From: an archaeon
GTDB lineage: Archaea; Asgardarchaeota; Thorarchaeia; Thorarchaeales; Thorarchaeaceae
Reading direction: 5' to 3'
Length of the DNA: 5,625 bases
Assembly (NCBI GenBank): GCA_024275415.1
Contig: JAJRZD010000065.1
Location: forward strand, 1 to 5,625
Shown: positions 4,915-5,625 of the stretch, piece after piece
How the letters are laid out: every line of letters begins with the position of its first letter
How positions within the stretch are numbered: position 1 is the first letter of the stretch
Program-made: the position numbers and the translations under genes
The notes under the pieces: generated by a model
The model's database searches: none
Told to the model about the DNA's origin: nothing
The model's input: the letters and a program-made list of their open reading frames with translations, nothing else

Positions 4915-5625
4915 ATGACCACACACACCTTTAAACGACCTACAGATGGAACCGGCATCCATTCGGAGCGGTTTTCTGACATATTCCGCATACAGACTGT
5001 GGCCTTAAAGAGCATCCATGATTTTCTCTCGGGTGCGGGGCTTGTCCAACTAATGCCAGTGATAATCTCCGCAGTGACGGATCCTCTGAATCACAGTGTA
5101 CATGAAGCGCGAATAAAGTATCAGGGGCAGAGTTTACAACTTACGAAAAGTATGATATTCCACAAACAGGTTGCCATCTCACTCCTTGGAGTCAATGGCA
5201 TCTACATTGTATCACCGAATGTGAGACTGGAACGAGAGGAAAGCAACAGGCATCTCCTAGAGTTCTCGCAGATAGACATCGAACTACGAGGCGCAAGTGC
5301 CAAACAGTTCCGATCATTCATAGAGGATATGATGGTTCGGATATTCTCAGATGTCGAGGATTCATGCTCTGTTGAGCTTGAGCGTCTTGGCACTAGTATA
5401 AGCATACCAAAGAAACCTTTCCGTGTCTATTCGAAATGGGATCTAGTCGACGAGTTCGGCTCAGGATTCGAACAAAGGATTTCTAAAGAGGAAGAGGACC
5501 TCTTCTGGATAACGGATTTTGAGAGAGAGTTCTATGACAGAGAAGATCCTGAGCGGAAAGGACATTATCACAACTATGACCTATTCTATCCCAATGGATA
5601 TCACGAGGCTTTGTCGGGTGGTGAG
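4915..5625 (+). CDS. asnA: Archaeal asparagine synthetase A (AsnRS/AspRS catalytic-core paralogue lacking the anticodon-binding domain), 3'-truncated
   Basis: Absent from the ORF track because there is no stop in the window. Translated by hand: 237 open codons from ATG 4915 (in-frame TGA at 4906 fixes the start). MTTHTF...PVIISAVTDPLNH...LTKSMIFHKQVAI...SPNVRLE...RHLLEFSQIDIE...FWITDFEREFYDRED...YHNYDLFYP...EALSGGE. Class II aaRS motif 2 (RxE..RHxxEF) and SGGE(R) are present, with no N-terminal OB fold. Confidence 0.9.
   Translation, partial: MTTHTFKRPTDGTGIHSERFSDIFRIQTVALKSIHDFLSGAGLVQLMPVIISAVTDPLNHSVHEARIKYQGQSLQLTKSMIFHKQVAISLLGVNGIYIVSPNVRLEREESNRHLLEFSQIDIELRGASAKQFRSFIEDMMVRIFSDVEDSCSVELERLGTSISIPKKPFRVYSKWDLVDEFGSGFEQRISKEEEDLFWITDFEREFYDREDPERKGHYHNYDLFYPNGYHEALSGGE

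Noticed and set aside
4159-5405. Track ORFs 4159-4749 (+), 4367-4549 (+), 5202-5405 (-)
   Set aside because: Antisense shadows of the Lrp gene and of asnA.
1-5625. CRISPR array, IS element, integrase or duplicated tRNA 3' fragment (att site)
   Set aside because: I found no regularly spaced repeats, terminal inverted repeats, transposase or integrase motifs, or second copy of either tRNA 3' end by eye.

Overview
Archaeal DNA: BHB-type tRNA introns, TATA promoters and an AsnRS-derived asparagine synthetase all point that way. The lineage cannot be fixed from this window; an Asgard origin is only an impression. Order: 5'-truncated polytopic membrane protein (+); intron-containing tRNA-Phe(GAA) (-); three co-oriented minus-strand genes (membrane protein, GH114/TM1410-family hydrolase, class I SAM methyltransferase); tRNA-Ala(GGC) with two introns (+); an AT-rich segment with a frameshifted membrane-protein gene and a tiny hydrophobic ORF; an Lrp/AsnC regulator (-) divergent from a 3'-truncated archaeal asparagine synthetase A (+) that the ORF track missed. 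The most notable signal is three ~30-nt tRNA introns in three different arms (T-loop 59/60, D-loop ~20/21, anticodon loop 37/38) across two outward-facing tRNA genes. Each gene splices on paper to a clean 77-nt cloverleaf.
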